Source: a virus
Reading direction: 5' to 3' (one strand)
IMG/VR virus record: IMGVR_UViG_3300032223_003493
Span: 18,882 to 82,881 of that record
DNA length: 64,000 bases
A program made the position numbers and the translations under genes. This document shows, piece by piece, positions 9,550 to 20,526 of this stretch (positions are counted from its first letter, which is position 1; each line of letters starts with the position of its first letter). Below the pieces are notes generated by a model. It was given only the letters and a program-made list of their open reading frames with translations. It did not search any database and had not been told where the DNA came from.

Positions 9550-12000
9550 CTATGGTGTAGTTTCAATAGTTATAAGATCATAAATATCCCATAAAATTGG
9601 ACCATTATTTATTCTTGTTACATTAGTTCCAGGTGTTACATAAGCATCCAAAATTCTATCAAATAATTGCAAATCATTTCCCAATGCAAATCTTTGATTT
9701 CTTGCAGTGCCTTTTGGAACTGTAGCTGTAAGAGTTGTAGGTTCGCCATTTTCACCATTTTGAGCAATGACTGTAACTACTAAATCATTTTTTATTGACT
9801 GATCATCTGTTGTAGCAATTCCAGTTGTAGAACCATTGAAAACTACATTCGAAGTAGTCAAGTCATCTACATACGGGACATACACTGATAATTTTCTAGG
9901 CTCTAATGCAATTCTATTTGTAAGTTTGATGCCACGTCTTAGGATTTCTCCTGATATATTTCCATCATCAAGATATCCTCTAAATTTGTAATAAGCAGTT
10001 CCACCTGTTCCTGTCCAAGAAGACCCACTATTTACAGAAGTTAATCCTTGTCCAGAACTACCTGATACAACTCTAGTATAAAGCGAAGTAGATCCTAAAC
10101 CAGTAGCAAAATCTGATGGTTTATTGATCATTAACCAGTAAGTTGTTCCTTGTAAAAGATTCGCTCCAGTACTAAACTTAACAGTATATTCGTTAGTGCC
10201 TTGAAGAACATCGGAATTTCTTATTACTGATGTGCTAGTAATCATTCCATTAGGTGTTGGTGTTGATCCAGTAGCAGAATAAATTGATATACTTATACCT
10301 GTTGTTCCTGATCCTGTAGATTGACCGCCAGCAGAATATTTTAATTTTAATGTTACTCCACCAACAAAACAATTTTCATTTGGTGTTATTTTAAATGCTG
10401 TCAATCCGTTTCTTAAAATTAAGTCTGTGTCATCTTGGATTGTAGCCATTGTATTGTAAGATGGATACTGTATTTCGTTGATATTGGTTAGTTTTCTTTC
10501 AATTAAATCACTACTTAATTGTGGTTTTTTGTAAACATGATAGAAAAGTGGGTTTGTAATACCAGCACCGGACCAATTCAATTCAACAAGATAATTACTT
10601 GTAGTAAAATTTGAAGAAACAAGATTACTATAAACTGGAATACTTTCTACATATTCATCCGTTGAAATGTTGTAAACAATAGTAACGCCATATATTTGAG
10701 TTCCAGACGATAATGAAGAGATATAGTTTGAACATGGAATAACTACATTAGTAAATCCTGTTGCAGCTGCTGTGTTATTACTTCCAATTGCTGCATTGTA
10801 AGTAATAAGATCTCCTCTAAAAATAGCAAATGTATGTTGAACATCAGAGCCTATAGTTTCATAATAAGCTTTAGCAAAATTATAAGGCAATTCAAATCTT
10901 TCTAGCCCACTGAAAGATGTGCCTTTGGAATAGAACTCAGTTTTTCTAAAAGGCTGGGTAGCTAATAATTCTCTATTTGTTTGACTGGAATTATAAGATA
11001 CTGTGCTTAAATATCTATAAACTGCAGATACTGTATTTGAAACATAATCATTTGTTTGATAAGTGGCTAATGCATTATTTGCGTTAGTACAACTTTGAAT
11101 AATTAAATTTTTATCTGTGGAATCACCTAAAATTTGATAAGTTGAAATGTCTGTTGGCATATCAACAATTGTTCTAGTTAAGCCTGTACCAGAATCAACA
11201 ACAACTGGATTTTCAGGATTTTTAACCATAACTTTGCTTATAGGAATCCAGCTTTTTGGAAGAGGCGGAAAATAATTAAAAGTATTTACATTTTCACTTG
11301 TTTCCAAAACAGGAAAACCAGTAATATACTTAACTCTAGGCTGAAATAAGAAAGTAACAGGATTATCCAAATAATAAGTTGCCGGTAATGTTCCGAAAGA
11401 AGAACCATTATAGTAAGATGGATCAACAACTAATCCTGTTAAATCATCAGTAACATTTGAAAAAGAAATCAAATAATTTCCAACAAAAGCTTGAATTGGA
11501 AAACCTAAATTCACAGCAATTGTTGCATCTTTCACATATAGAATATTTGTTCCAGACAAACATGTTGTACTTACTGTTGTTGTCCAAGTTTGAGTTGCTT
11601 TTTGAACTTCAGAAATTGGTAAGCCTAAAGTAACTCCATATTTATAACTTGCCCCAAATCCACCTGAGGAATAATTTTTTGACCATTCTTTTTTGAGTGG
11701 AATTTTTTGTGGCTGTAAATTAAAGATAGAACCATTATAAGCAACTTGTCCACTTCTTACAGTAACATAATATGGATCGTAAGTTATATCGTAAGTTGTT
11801 TCACATCCTAGTGGAGCAGTTTCAAGAATACCAAAATATGGAAATCCTGTGTTTGCCATTGAAAGCAAATTATTAATTTCAAAGATAGAAGAACCAGGAG
11901 TGTTGATATCTCCGATGCCATAATTCAAAGCATCATAAATATTGCCTACTGTTTTTGTTAATTCAAGAACTATCTCTTCTACTTTTGATGATATTGCCAT
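9550..12000 (-). CDS. Large virion structural protein (816 aa) with AFKIT...TYW beta-sandwich module
   Basis: Long ORF, S/T/G-rich, module shared with other structural ORFs in the window. Confidence 0.55.
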   Translation of the reverse strand: MAISSKVEEIVLELTKTVGNIYDALNYGIGDINTPGSSIFEINNLLSMANTGFPYFGILETAPLGCETTYDITYDPYYVTVRSGQVAYNGSIFNLQPQKIPLKKEWSKNYSSGGFGASYKYGVTLGLPISEVQKATQTWTTTVSTTCLSGTNILYVKDATIAVNLGFPIQAFVGNYLISFSNVTDDLTGLVVDPSYYNGSSFGTLPATYYLDNPVTFLFQPRVKYITGFPVLETSENVNTFNYFPPLPKSWIPISKVMVKNPENPVVVDSGTGLTRTIVDMPTDISTYQILGDSTDKNLIIQSCTNANNALATYQTNDYVSNTVSAVYRYLSTVSYNSSQTNRELLATQPFRKTEFYSKGTSFSGLERFELPYNFAKAYYETIGSDVQHTFAIFRGDLITYNAAIGSNNTAAATGFTNVVIPCSNYISSLSSGTQIYGVTIVYNISTDEYVESIPVYSNLVSSNFTTSNYLVELNWSGAGITNPLFYHVYKKPQLSSDLIERKLTNINEIQYPSYNTMATIQDDTDLILRNGLTAFKITPNENCFVGGVTLKLKYSAGGQSTGSGTTGISISIYSATGSTPTPNGMITSTSVIRNSDVLQGTNEYTVKFSTGANLLQGTTYWLMINKPSDFATGLGSTSLYTRVVSGSSGQGLTSVNSGSSWTGTGGTAYYKFRGYLDDGNISGEILRRGIKLTNRIALEPRKLSVYVPYVDDLTTSNVVFNGSTTGIATTDDQSIKNDLVVTVIAQNGENGEPTTLTATVPKGTARNQRFALGNDLQLFDRILDAYVTPGTNVTRINNGPILWDIYDLITIETTP

Positions 12001-12001
12001 T

Positions 12002-12856
12002 TTAAATATTTATACTCAACTCTGATGAAAGATATGACAAAAGCCTAGTTGGTAAAGGTTTGTCGGAATTTTGCCAATAAGTTTTGAAATCTGGCTCCCA
12101 AGTTGAACTTCCTGTCCAATTTGTAATAATTTCTTTAGTTAAATTTTTCTGCGTATTATATTGTTCTGAAATTATTGCATAATTTCTTATAATTGATGCT
12201 ACTACTATTTTAGAAATATTTTCTTCTGTATATCCAAAATAGCCTCTTGGTAATCTTTCGTCTATAAGTTTGAAAAATACTCTTGAATTTTTAATTGTTC
12301 CGTCATAGTAAGAAACATCTGCTATAAATTTATAAATTTCTAATGAATAAGTTTTATTTGTAGTGAAAGATAATTCTTGAGTTGTTCTTAAAATTTCTTC
12401 AGCTGTACTAATATCTATATCTTTACTTATAATCAAAGGACTACCATTTGGATTATTTACAGGTCTTGCTAAAGAAAATGTAATTGCTTGTCCACCTGTA
12501 TTATCAGAGGTCAAGAAAACTTTACCAAAAACATAACTATCTGACATTGTGTCAAGATTTCCCAAAACCTGTTGAATTGTGTACCCTTGTTCATTTCCAG
12601 AAGGTAATTCTACATTTGTTGTAGATAAGACTGTTTTTATAAGACCTTTACCAAAACTTAAAATATCCAAAACCATGTTATAATTTTGTGATTTTATAGC
12701 AGACAATCCATACAATAGCTGCAAATTACGTTCAACTGTGTTATTAGATAAAGCATATTCTTGAGACGCTAAAGCCATATCTACTGTAGTTGCTGTTTGA
12801 TCTAAAGCGAGCACTAAATTGTTCATTGTGATCGCTGAAGCATAGTTCATTGCCAT
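12002..12856 (-). CDS. Hypothetical virion protein (284 aa)
   Basis: Coupled ORF inside the structural operon; no recognisable motif. Confidence 0.5.
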   Translation of the reverse strand: MAMNYASAITMNNLVLALDQTATTVDMALASQEYALSNNTVERNLQLLYGLSAIKSQNYNMVLDILSFGKGLIKTVLSTTNVELPSGNEQGYTIQQVLGNLDTMSDSYVFGKVFLTSDNTGGQAITFSLARPVNNPNGSPLIISKDIDISTAEEILRTTQELSFTTNKTYSLEIYKFIADVSYYDGTIKNSRVFFKLIDERLPRGYFGYTEENISKIVVASIIRNYAIISEQYNTQKNLTKEIITNWTGSSTWEPDFKTYWQNSDKPLPTRLLSYLSSELSINI

Positions 12857-15800
12857 TACTTGTTCCTGATCACAATCTTGTCAGTAAGTGGAAATCCATA
12901 ATTTTGATCATTAATTTCTTCCAAAGTTTTATTAACAACTAAATAAGATAGATTTTCTATTTTGTCGCTGCTTATTAATACTGGACTCACTGATACATCT
13001 TGATAGAAAGAGCTATCAACTTCCTGCCAAGTTGAAGTTCCTGTTTTTCTCCATTCTAATTTAAGATTATGAATATTTTCATAATTGTTAAATTGTAATT
13101 CAAGAGATATTGGTTGAGAACTACCAGTAGCTGCATACGAGGTTGTAAATGATGTTGAAGTTGAATTTTTCCAACTACTTATATATGGTTTTTCTTCATT
13201 ATTGATATATAATTTTACTCCACCATTTGTAGTTACTTTGAAATCAAAAGTGGATCCTAATGATGCTTGAGTTGTGAAGTTTCCAATTGCAAATCCATTA
13301 AAATAATTTGTTTGCCCTAATCCACTAAAATTATCAAAGTTTATATTGTGATGAGCTGAAGTTAAATCGCTCATACTATTATTTTCTAAATCAAGGTAAT
13401 TCCAAGATGATTTGCTATACCATTGGGTTATCCAAGTGGGAGATTTATCAAGCTTAATATAAGTTGTTTGCAAATGATTATCAACATAATATTTGAGATA
13501 CAAATGAACATCATTTGCTCTTTTTACAAATCTATTTTGATTATCGCCAAAGTAATGAGTATTTGCTGATCCAGAAAGGTTGTTGCTTAAATAGACTTTG
13601 TAGATACTGTTAGTTGAATCATAAGTTAAATTAGTAATTGCTGTTCCACTAGCAATAACACTTGAAGTTACAGCAATACCAACCATCACTGAAGGATCAA
13701 AATTTTCTTCTGGCATATAAAGTAAATTTGTTCCAGAAGTTCCAGTAGCTCCAATTGATACAACTCTAGAAACAAATGATCTTGGATAAATGTATAGCTG
13801 AGATGGGGTAAATAATGTTTGATTGTTTAATGTCCAAAACTCATCTACATAATAATCTATATCATTAGCTCTTGTAGTATTTGGTTCTGGCAAAATCAAG
13901 GAAGATGTGCTAAAGTCTCTATTGAATCCGCCATAAATTTCATCATCAAGCCCAAAGAAAACTACATAAGGTGTACCTGTTGAAGCTGTCCAAGAATATC
14001 CATCATAAAAAGCTAAATTTGATGCTGTAGGTGCAGATGATTCTTGTATTTGTAATCTAAGGTCATATTTGATTATATAATTTTGATTTGAACTTGTACC
14101 AGCGCTTCCTGAAATTGTCATAACAGAAGAAGAGCCGATAGAAGCAATTTCATACCAAGTAGAAATGTTGCCATAAATAGTACTTCCAAATCCTATAGAA
14201 GCATATTTTTGGTATTTATTAAAATCAGCAGTTGAGTTGTTTGATGGATTGTAAAGCCCACTTACTGCTGTTCCACTTACACTTACCAAACCTAAAGTTT
14301 TAGCATCGTAATTTGGAGGATTGGTGTTAGATTCAAAAACAATCCAATAAGTTCTGTCTTTAGTAAGTGAATAATTTATATAGAAATGAACATCATCAAA
14401 AACATTTTTGATGTTCGAATAGAAAGCTTTTGAACCAGTTATTAACTTTGTATTAGGTAAGCTATTATAATTATCCCAAATGCTACATTGAATATAAGCA
14501 TCAGGATTATTCCAAACAGCCAAACTTTGCAATCTTATCTTAAGAGATTTGATATTTTGATAATCATTCGGCGTTATTTTAAAAGCAAATCTATTGTAAT
14601 TTACGCTTTTGTATCCACCTTTAGTAGTTTGGTTTATATTAGTTGCATCAGAAATAGTAATTTGCTGTTTAAAAACATTTTCTAAATTGTTTATAGAAGC
14701 ATCTGAAGTTGAATATCCAGCAATACTAATTGAGAAAGAATCAGATCTTAAGTCTAATAAATTTTGTGCTGTAAATGTTTGTAAATCTTTTTTACCACCT
14801 ACTACCTCATCATAATTTGAAATCCAGTATTTGCTTCTGTTGTATGCGTAATTAGAAACAGTCATACCAATTTCTTTGATATTTGTAAATGTATTAGGAA
14901 ATTGACTTGAATCAAGAGTATAGAATGATTTTGTCAACTCATAATCATTAATTTTATCTTGTATTTCAGTCTGAGATATATTAGGATTTGCTGATTTCAA
15001 ACTAGCAATAAAGTCCGCTTTAGTTTGTTTTGTAGAATCTGTAGGTTGAACTTGTTTTGTTAAAATTGCTCTACTTTCTCCCATTTGCATATTGGGAATA
15101 ATTGCAGCACTTCCATACAATCTATATTCTTCTATTGAATTGAAAGTACCCGGAGCATTATCATTTCTTTCAGTTTGAGAGCCTTGTTTAAAATATCCAG
15201 AAGTTGATAAATTTTTATTTTTTCTATTAGAATATTCATCATCAGTTATATAAAATTTTGACGAATTTAATTTAATATTTTTTACTAATTTATCACTAGT
15301 AGCATTTTCAAAAACAATTGAAAACGAATAATCTTTAGTTAGTCTATTGCCAGTGTTTTCTTGGTCTAATAAATCCGGTATGTTAGAAACTTCTTGGTAA
15401 AATTCAAATTCTGTATCACTTTCAAAATTGATATCTTTCAATGTCATTCCATTTTCATCATATTTAAAAGCTATTGTAGTTGGAGGATTATTAAGCCAAG
15501 ATATTAATGCATTAGCGCCTGGTTCTTGAACTTGAATATTAATAGGCTCTGTTTCTAGTGGACTGTTCTTAATTCCATATTGCAAACTATCTACAGTTGC
15601 TTTATAGTTCTCTTCAAGCGTTAAATATGTGTCATTTATCACAGACAATACTTGCCCATAAACTGTCATATTGTCTGAACTGTAAAGATAATCTCCTTCA
15701 GTAATTTCTGTTGTAAATTTAGACTGATTTCCAATGACTATATTACTTCCAGAAGCAATGGTAATTTTTCCAGTTCCTTTAGTTGTTTGATAATTTGATT

Positions 15801-17559
15801 TTAAGGCTGGGGCAATAGGATATTTCAGTAAGTTGTGTAATAGAGTAGTTTTCTTAAAACTGTTATTCTTAACATCTATATAGCTGCTAGTACCATACAG
15901 TTTAAAATTGGTAAAAGGAGCTATTAAGTCTACACCTAATTTATCAAAAATATTTTTATAATCTACACTTCTAGTAAAATTTGTCAATGAAATAACATCT
16001 TGCAAGGTGTCATTTATTAAATCGCTATCACCTATTGGAGGAACAGCAAAATTATCAGCTTTTCTCTCTATGTGAACGATTGATGCATTGTTCAAGTTGT
16101 ATGTAGTATTTGTTTTGTTTTTTATAGTCCCTGAAGTTTTAAACGATGGATAAGAAAGAATAATATTTGCAATAATATCGTAATCATTGTCAACTGGTGG
16201 ATAATTTTCAAAATCATTCCAGTCAACAGGTACAGATTCTTGAGGCATAGCTTTACCAAAAAATAAATAAAAGTCTATGTCTCCATTCTCATATTGATTA
16301 CCAGAAATAATATTTTTAGTAGCAATAACAACTGGAAGATACTCAAAAGAATTTAATGATACATAATTTGCTAGTGAATTTGTATCTCCCATACCAGTGA
16401 AAGTTTCTGGATACAAATATCTAAAAGGTTCAGTAGTGGATATATAGTCGCCGTCAAAATATTTTTGATTTGTTTTGCTTCTTGAAAAAAGATAAATATT
16501 TGTATCATTTACACCTGTTTTATCAAATGTAAGATAATTTGTTATATCCTTTTGTAGATATGTTTTTCTAGGATAGATATTCCAAGTTGAACCTAAATTG
16601 CTAGGATTAAAAGTGGTTGCAGTTCCAGAAGTATATGTTGGATACGAGGATAGAAAATCTGTATCATGAGTATCCCAATAAAAAGCTAAGTGATACCAAT
16701 AATTTGCTGTCCAAGATGCTGGTGTCTTGACCTTAAATAAATAATGATCTTTGATTCTGTCAGTTGTTGAACCAGTGGAAGATACTTCTGATACATTATA
16801 AGCAAGATAAGTTAAAGCTAATCCTGACATTGTTCCACTAAGTGAAAAAGTAGAACCTATACCTTGAGTTTTAAGGTATGTATGAGAGGCAATACCTAAA
16901 TCTTTTGGCGTGTTTGTGTACGGATTTATAAATTGAGTACCTTCAAAATAGGACTTTGGAATTAAAATATGTGCTTCATTATTTGATACTGAACCTGTAT
17001 TTTTGACAGAGATCCATCTTGATGAATTAAATAAATTTACTCTTTGATATAAACTTCCATCCCATCTTACAGGGTAGTCATAGTTTGTTCTTTCTGATCC
17101 GTCTCCTGGCTCAGAATTGATGTTGTAAATTATGTAAGCTGTATTTGCATTTCCAGCAGCATTATAAGGGGGAATATAGTATTGCCAAGCATTATAATCC
17201 CAAACTCCCCATCCTTCTGTAGCTGGCGGATTATAATATTGAGGAGTCCATCCACCTGTATTAGCGAAACTTGCAATTTTTAAATCTACTGCGTATTGTC
17301 CACCTTGAAAGCCAAAAGAAATATTATCATCAGCACCAAAAGTCTGATATGGCTTTGTAGTTAAACCATGAGGAGTAAGGCCAGCTAAATCATAGTCGTG
17401 AAAAATTGTTGATCCTCTAAACTTAACCGCAATTCTTTCGTAATCCAAAAAATATCCGTGTTTCAAAGACAAATCACCAATCAAATCTTTGTAAGCGTAT
17501 TTTGCTTTACCAATTTGATTGATGATAAATTCAAGACCTTTTTTGGATACGAGACTCAT
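12856..17559 (-). CDS. Large virion/tail protein (1567 aa) with fibre-type module, AFKIT...TYW module and C-terminal PA14-like domain
   Basis: GTGKITIASGSNIVIGNQSKFTTEI...VLSVINDTYLTL fibre module; C-terminal FDFKVTTNGGVKLYIN...LELQF...LKLEWRK resembles PA14. Confidence 0.6.
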   Translation of the reverse strand: MSLVSKKGLEFIINQIGKAKYAYKDLIGDLSLKHGYFLDYERIAVKFRGSTIFHDYDLAGLTPHGLTTKPYQTFGADDNISFGFQGGQYAVDLKIASFANTGGWTPQYYNPPATEGWGVWDYNAWQYYIPPYNAAGNANTAYIIYNINSEPGDGSERTNYDYPVRWDGSLYQRVNLFNSSRWISVKNTGSVSNNEAHILIPKSYFEGTQFINPYTNTPKDLGIASHTYLKTQGIGSTFSLSGTMSGLALTYLAYNVSEVSSTGSTTDRIKDHYLFKVKTPASWTANYWYHLAFYWDTHDTDFLSSYPTYTSGTATTFNPSNLGSTWNIYPRKTYLQKDITNYLTFDKTGVNDTNIYLFSRSKTNQKYFDGDYISTTEPFRYLYPETFTGMGDTNSLANYVSLNSFEYLPVVIATKNIISGNQYENGDIDFYLFFGKAMPQESVPVDWNDFENYPPVDNDYDIIANIILSYPSFKTSGTIKNKTNTTYNLNNASIVHIERKADNFAVPPIGDSDLINDTLQDVISLTNFTRSVDYKNIFDKLGVDLIAPFTNFKLYGTSSYIDVKNNSFKKTTLLHNLLKYPIAPALKSNYQTTKGTGKITIASGSNIVIGNQSKFTTEITEGDYLYSSDNMTVYGQVLSVINDTYLTLEENYKATVDSLQYGIKNSPLETEPINIQVQEPGANALISWLNNPPTTIAFKYDENGMTLKDINFESDTEFEFYQEVSNIPDLLDQENTGNRLTKDYSFSIVFENATSDKLVKNIKLNSSKFYITDDEYSNRKNKNLSTSGYFKQGSQTERNDNAPGTFNSIEEYRLYGSAAIIPNMQMGESRAILTKQVQPTDSTKQTKADFIASLKSANPNISQTEIQDKINDYELTKSFYTLDSSQFPNTFTNIKEIGMTVSNYAYNRSKYWISNYDEVVGGKKDLQTFTAQNLLDLRSDSFSISIAGYSTSDASINNLENVFKQQITISDATNINQTTKGGYKSVNYNRFAFKITPNDYQNIKSLKIRLQSLAVWNNPDAYIQCSIWDNYNSLPNTKLITGSKAFYSNIKNVFDDVHFYINYSLTKDRTYWIVFESNTNPPNYDAKTLGLVSVSGTAVSGLYNPSNNSTADFNKYQKYASIGFGSTIYGNISTWYEIASIGSSSVMTISGSAGTSSNQNYIIKYDLRLQIQESSAPTASNLAFYDGYSWTASTGTPYVVFFGLDDEIYGGFNRDFSTSSLILPEPNTTRANDIDYYVDEFWTLNNQTLFTPSQLYIYPRSFVSRVVSIGATGTSGTNLLYMPEENFDPSVMVGIAVTSSVIASGTAITNLTYDSTNSIYKVYLSNNLSGSANTHYFGDNQNRFVKRANDVHLYLKYYVDNHLQTTYIKLDKSPTWITQWYSKSSWNYLDLENNSMSDLTSAHHNINFDNFSGLGQTNYFNGFAIGNFTTQASLGSTFDFKVTTNGGVKLYINNEEKPYISSWKNSTSTSFTTSYAATGSSQPISLELQFNNYENIHNLKLEWRKTGTSTWQEVDSSFYQDVSVSPVLISSDKIENLSYLVVNKTLEEINDQNYGFPLTDKIVIRNK

Positions 17560-17561
17560 TT

Positions 17562-18338
17562 TTAATATGCAGTTGTTGGTACATTATCTGGACCAAAATA
17601 AATTTGTCTAACCAATTCTTTTGCTGAAATTGTTATATTCCCACTTCTGAAAAGTTGTTTACCTGTAGCATCATCAGAAGATTTGTTATCATTGCAAAGT
17701 ACGTCATAAAGCATTCTGATGGGTTCAACATTATCTGCTTGCATTCTAAGTATATTGTTTCTTGCAGTTGTAGATAAATTTGCTACCGATGTTCCAACCC
17801 CTACATCGTTATACATTCTGATAAATGCTTCTGCTGCTTTGCCTGAGTCAGGTAATGAAGGAGCAGATAAAGTTGCGGGGTGTGTTTCGGACCAAAGAGT
17901 GTTGAACTCATTTGTAACTGCTGTTGCGTATGGACTCAAAACATTATTATGATCTACAGTAAAGTGAGCTGGGGACAGGGTAAATTTTTCACACATTGGA
18001 CAAATATCAACTACCCAGATTCTTCTATGTTTTCTTAAGATTGATAAAATAATTCTTGTTGCTTCTTGAGTTACTCTTTCTGTAGTTTCTAAATTGTCAG
18101 CACCTACGTTTACTTCTATACTTACGTTATGCTCAAATTCTTGCAAGCCGAATGAAATATCTTTCAATGGAGAACTTGCACCCTTGAATATAATTGCAAT
18201 ACCATTTGGCCTTACAGCAGCTTCTCCAATATAAAATCCAGAAACAGGTCTATCAAAAATTACTGCTTCACCTTTTGCATTTTTTGGCAATTCATAAAAT
18301 AAAATGCCTCTCAAGGTATCATAAACTCGTTCAAGCAT
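17562..18338 (-). CDS. Putative tail completion/terminator protein with an inserted Cys/His motif
   Basis: Immediately after the gp36-like gene; HNVSIEVNVG...RIILSILRKH pattern; insertion begins CPMC...H...H. Confidence 0.45.
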   Translation of the reverse strand: MLERVYDTLRGILFYELPKNAKGEAVIFDRPVSGFYIGEAAVRPNGIAIIFKGASSPLKDISFGLQEFEHNVSIEVNVGADNLETTERVTQEATRIILSILRKHRRIWVVDICPMCEKFTLSPAHFTVDHNNVLSPYATAVTNEFNTLWSETHPATLSAPSLPDSGKAAEAFIRMYNDVGVGTSVANLSTTARNNILRMQADNVEPIRMLYDVLCNDNKSSDDATGKQLFRSGNITISAKELVRQIYFGPDNVPTTAY

Positions 18339-18347
18339 TTATTTCAC

Positions 18348-18842
18348 CTATTGACTTTGGCCTTTTGAACGCTTGCCCTCTGTTGGGTTGTTTACCACTC
18401 CACGTAAGGTAGATCTAACAAATCTATCTCCACGAGTATTTCTCTGTCCAAATAATCTAATCTCACCATTTTGAATTCTTACAATTTCATTTTGGGCAAA
18501 GTCAAATCTTACTTTTTGAGCCTCGGAATATTGTGGGTCTGCTCCTTGGAGTGCTTGCATATAATACATTTGTGCAGCAAGAATTGCACAAATAACAGGA
18601 ACAGGGTGAGGATAAGCAACATCTCCACCGATATTAACTTGCTTTAAAGGAACATCATACATCGTGGCAAGGTTAGCATCAATTTCTGCTGATGCTTGTT
18701 GGATAAAAAAGTCCAAATTTATGTTTGATGCCGATTCAGGAGTAGGATTTCTAAAGTTTGGAATCGGGTTATCACCTTCTGTAACAACGTTAGGCGGAAG
18801 GTATTGTTTTACATCATTTGTTGTGCAATAAGAACGTGGCAT
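18348..18842 (-). CDS. Head-tail connector, Mu gp36 / DUF1320-like
   Basis: SYCTTNDV, IQQASAEIDANLATMYDVPL, ICAILAA and IQNGEIRL match the gp36-family pattern. Confidence 0.8.
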   Translation of the reverse strand: MPRSYCTTNDVKQYLPPNVVTEGDNPIPNFRNPTPESASNINLDFFIQQASAEIDANLATMYDVPLKQVNIGGDVAYPHPVPVICAILAAQMYYMQALQGADPQYSEAQKVRFDFAQNEIVRIQNGEIRLFGQRNTRGDRFVRSTLRGVVNNPTEGKRSKGQSQ

Positions 18843-19522
18843 TATACTACTCCTGTGTTTGGCTTTAAATATTTCGGTGTGTAATCAACACCCTCGTCAC
18901 CTTGTACTAATCCCATTTCTTGTGCCGTTTTTCTTTGCATCAAGGTAAAAACATTTGTATTTTCAAGATCATTAGCTGAAGTAGCTCCTGAACTTAAGAA
19001 TCTTGGAAAATCTATATCAATATCTCTGTAAGCTCCTGATTTAGCATTAAATATCTCAACTCCATCAGGGGCATATTTACTTCCCTGCAGTCTATTTAAT
19101 GTGGCTCCAAGTTTTGAGTTAACATTGGTAGCTAAAACAAATCCATTGTTATCATGAACAAAGCCGCAAGCTTTGTCAATTGAAAGATTTTTTGGTACTG
19201 GCTTAAGTAAATTGTAAACATACAATTCTTCTTTACCAGTGCAAATGTAAGTTTGGCCAGGTATGACAACTATGTCCATTTGTTGTTCCTGAGCCATTTG
19301 CTTTGCTCTCAATCCAACATTTGGCGTGTCAGGAGATAAAATTCCAATTACATCCAAGCCATTAATTATAGCTGCTGTAAGTATTGACTTTATTGTTGAG
19401 TTTAAGTAATCTTCGTTGGAAAATGCTTCTTCTTTGTCAATAAATACGCACAAATCAACTCTTAAGACATTTTTTCTAAGGGCTGTGCATTCTTTTGCTA
19501 TGTGATACCAAGAGCGTTCCAT
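18842..19522 (-). CDS. PHP-fold protein lacking the canonical metal ligands
   Basis: LRVDL, AAIINGLDVIGI, VVIPGQ, VHDNNGFVLA and DGVEIFNA trace a PHP barrel, but the His/Asp ligands are substituted. Confidence 0.65.
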   Translation of the reverse strand: MERSWYHIAKECTALRKNVLRVDLCVFIDKEEAFSNEDYLNSTIKSILTAAIINGLDVIGILSPDTPNVGLRAKQMAQEQQMDIVVIPGQTYICTGKEELYVYNLLKPVPKNLSIDKACGFVHDNNGFVLATNVNSKLGATLNRLQGSKYAPDGVEIFNAKSGAYRDIDIDFPRFLSSGATSANDLENTNVFTLMQRKTAQEMGLVQGDEGVDYTPKYLKPNTGVV

Positions 19523-19556
19523 AATAAAGAAAATACTAGGTATCCAGCTTGTTTAC

Positions 19557-20093
19557 CTATCTTTTGTTTCCGCAGTCAGGACAGAACTTTTCCATTGTAA
19601 GAAATTTAAAGCCACATTCCACACAGAATTTTGCTAATTGAGCAGTGCCACATTTTAAACAAAATTTAGCATCAAGTGGCAAAGCATATAAGCACTCAGA
19701 ATTAGAACATTCTTTGTAGTGCTTTTCAACTTGCTTTCGTACAGTGGTTCCATCCATCTCATCAAGCTCGGAAATCAAATCTGCGATATTCACCGTACTA
19801 GGGGTAATTGCTGCTTGATGTTCTGTTTCTTGTTCTACTTCAGGTTCAGTTGGCTTCAATATAGGCTGTTTTTCTGCCCATTTTTGAAATTCTGGGCTAT
19901 CAAAAAGACTTTGCTTTGGTTCTGCACTAACGTCCCCAAATTCATTGATTTTTAGGTCAATTTCACGATCAGGTAATTCCATCTCGTCCCCAAGCACTGT
20001 ATGTCCAAATTTATTAACTTTTGGCTTGGGGAGATCTTCACGATGGGGATTGGTGAAAGAGTGTCTTAAAGCTTTGATCTGATCGTCGTTCAT
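19557..20093 (-). CDS. Double zinc ribbon protein
   Basis: C-terminal CSNSEC...FCLKCG...FCVECG...FCPDCG. Confidence 0.8.
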   Translation of the reverse strand: MNDDQIKALRHSFTNPHREDLPKPKVNKFGHTVLGDEMELPDREIDLKINEFGDVSAEPKQSLFDSPEFQKWAEKQPILKPTEPEVEQETEHQAAITPSTVNIADLISELDEMDGTTVRKQVEKHYKECSNSECLYALPLDAKFCLKCGTAQLAKFCVECGFKFLTMEKFCPDCGNKR

Positions 20094-20109
20094 AAACTAA
20101 TTTTACAGT

Positions 20110-20526
20110 TTATTGCTTCTTTTTGTCATCTCTTCTTTCGTATTTGAAGCTGACTACCTCAAATGAATTAGCTTCAGAATCATCTCCTGCAGCATATTCC
20201 TTGGCAGTATCTGAGTGATTTTCAATTGCTTGTAAGATCTTGCTCATCAATTGTGTGTCTGGAATAGGTCCGTTGTGCTTTGCCTTAATTTCAACTGCAA
20301 AACTGTGTACTGTTCCATCATCACCAACAACACTGACACTCGATTGTGGTTTGGCAAATGATTCGATTTTAGGGTGCATTCCAGTATCAATGGTTGAATC
20401 CTCTGTTTCCATTGGTTCAGTAGCTCCCATATCGTAAACTGCATCATTGATTTTGCTACCCAATTCTGGATTTACCTGTGCTACTCTAGTCTTTATGTCG
20501 TCCAAAACTCTTATCACTCTGTTCAT
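20110..20526 (-). CDS. Hypothetical protein (138 aa)
   Basis: AGAAGGAAG ribosome-binding site upstream; no recognisable family. Confidence 0.6.
   Translation of the reverse strand: MNRVIRVLDDIKTRVAQVNPELGSKINDAVYDMGATEPMETEDSTIDTGMHPKIESFAKPQSSVSVVGDDGTVHSFAVEIKAKHNGPIPDTQLMSKILQAIENHSDTAKEYAAGDDSEANSFEVVSFKYERRDDKKKQ

Noticed and set aside
12007-12014. T4-type late promoter TATAAATA on the minus strand before the 816-aa gene
   Set aside because: A single instance inside the upstream coding end, not seen at other gene starts; likely chance in AT-rich DNA.
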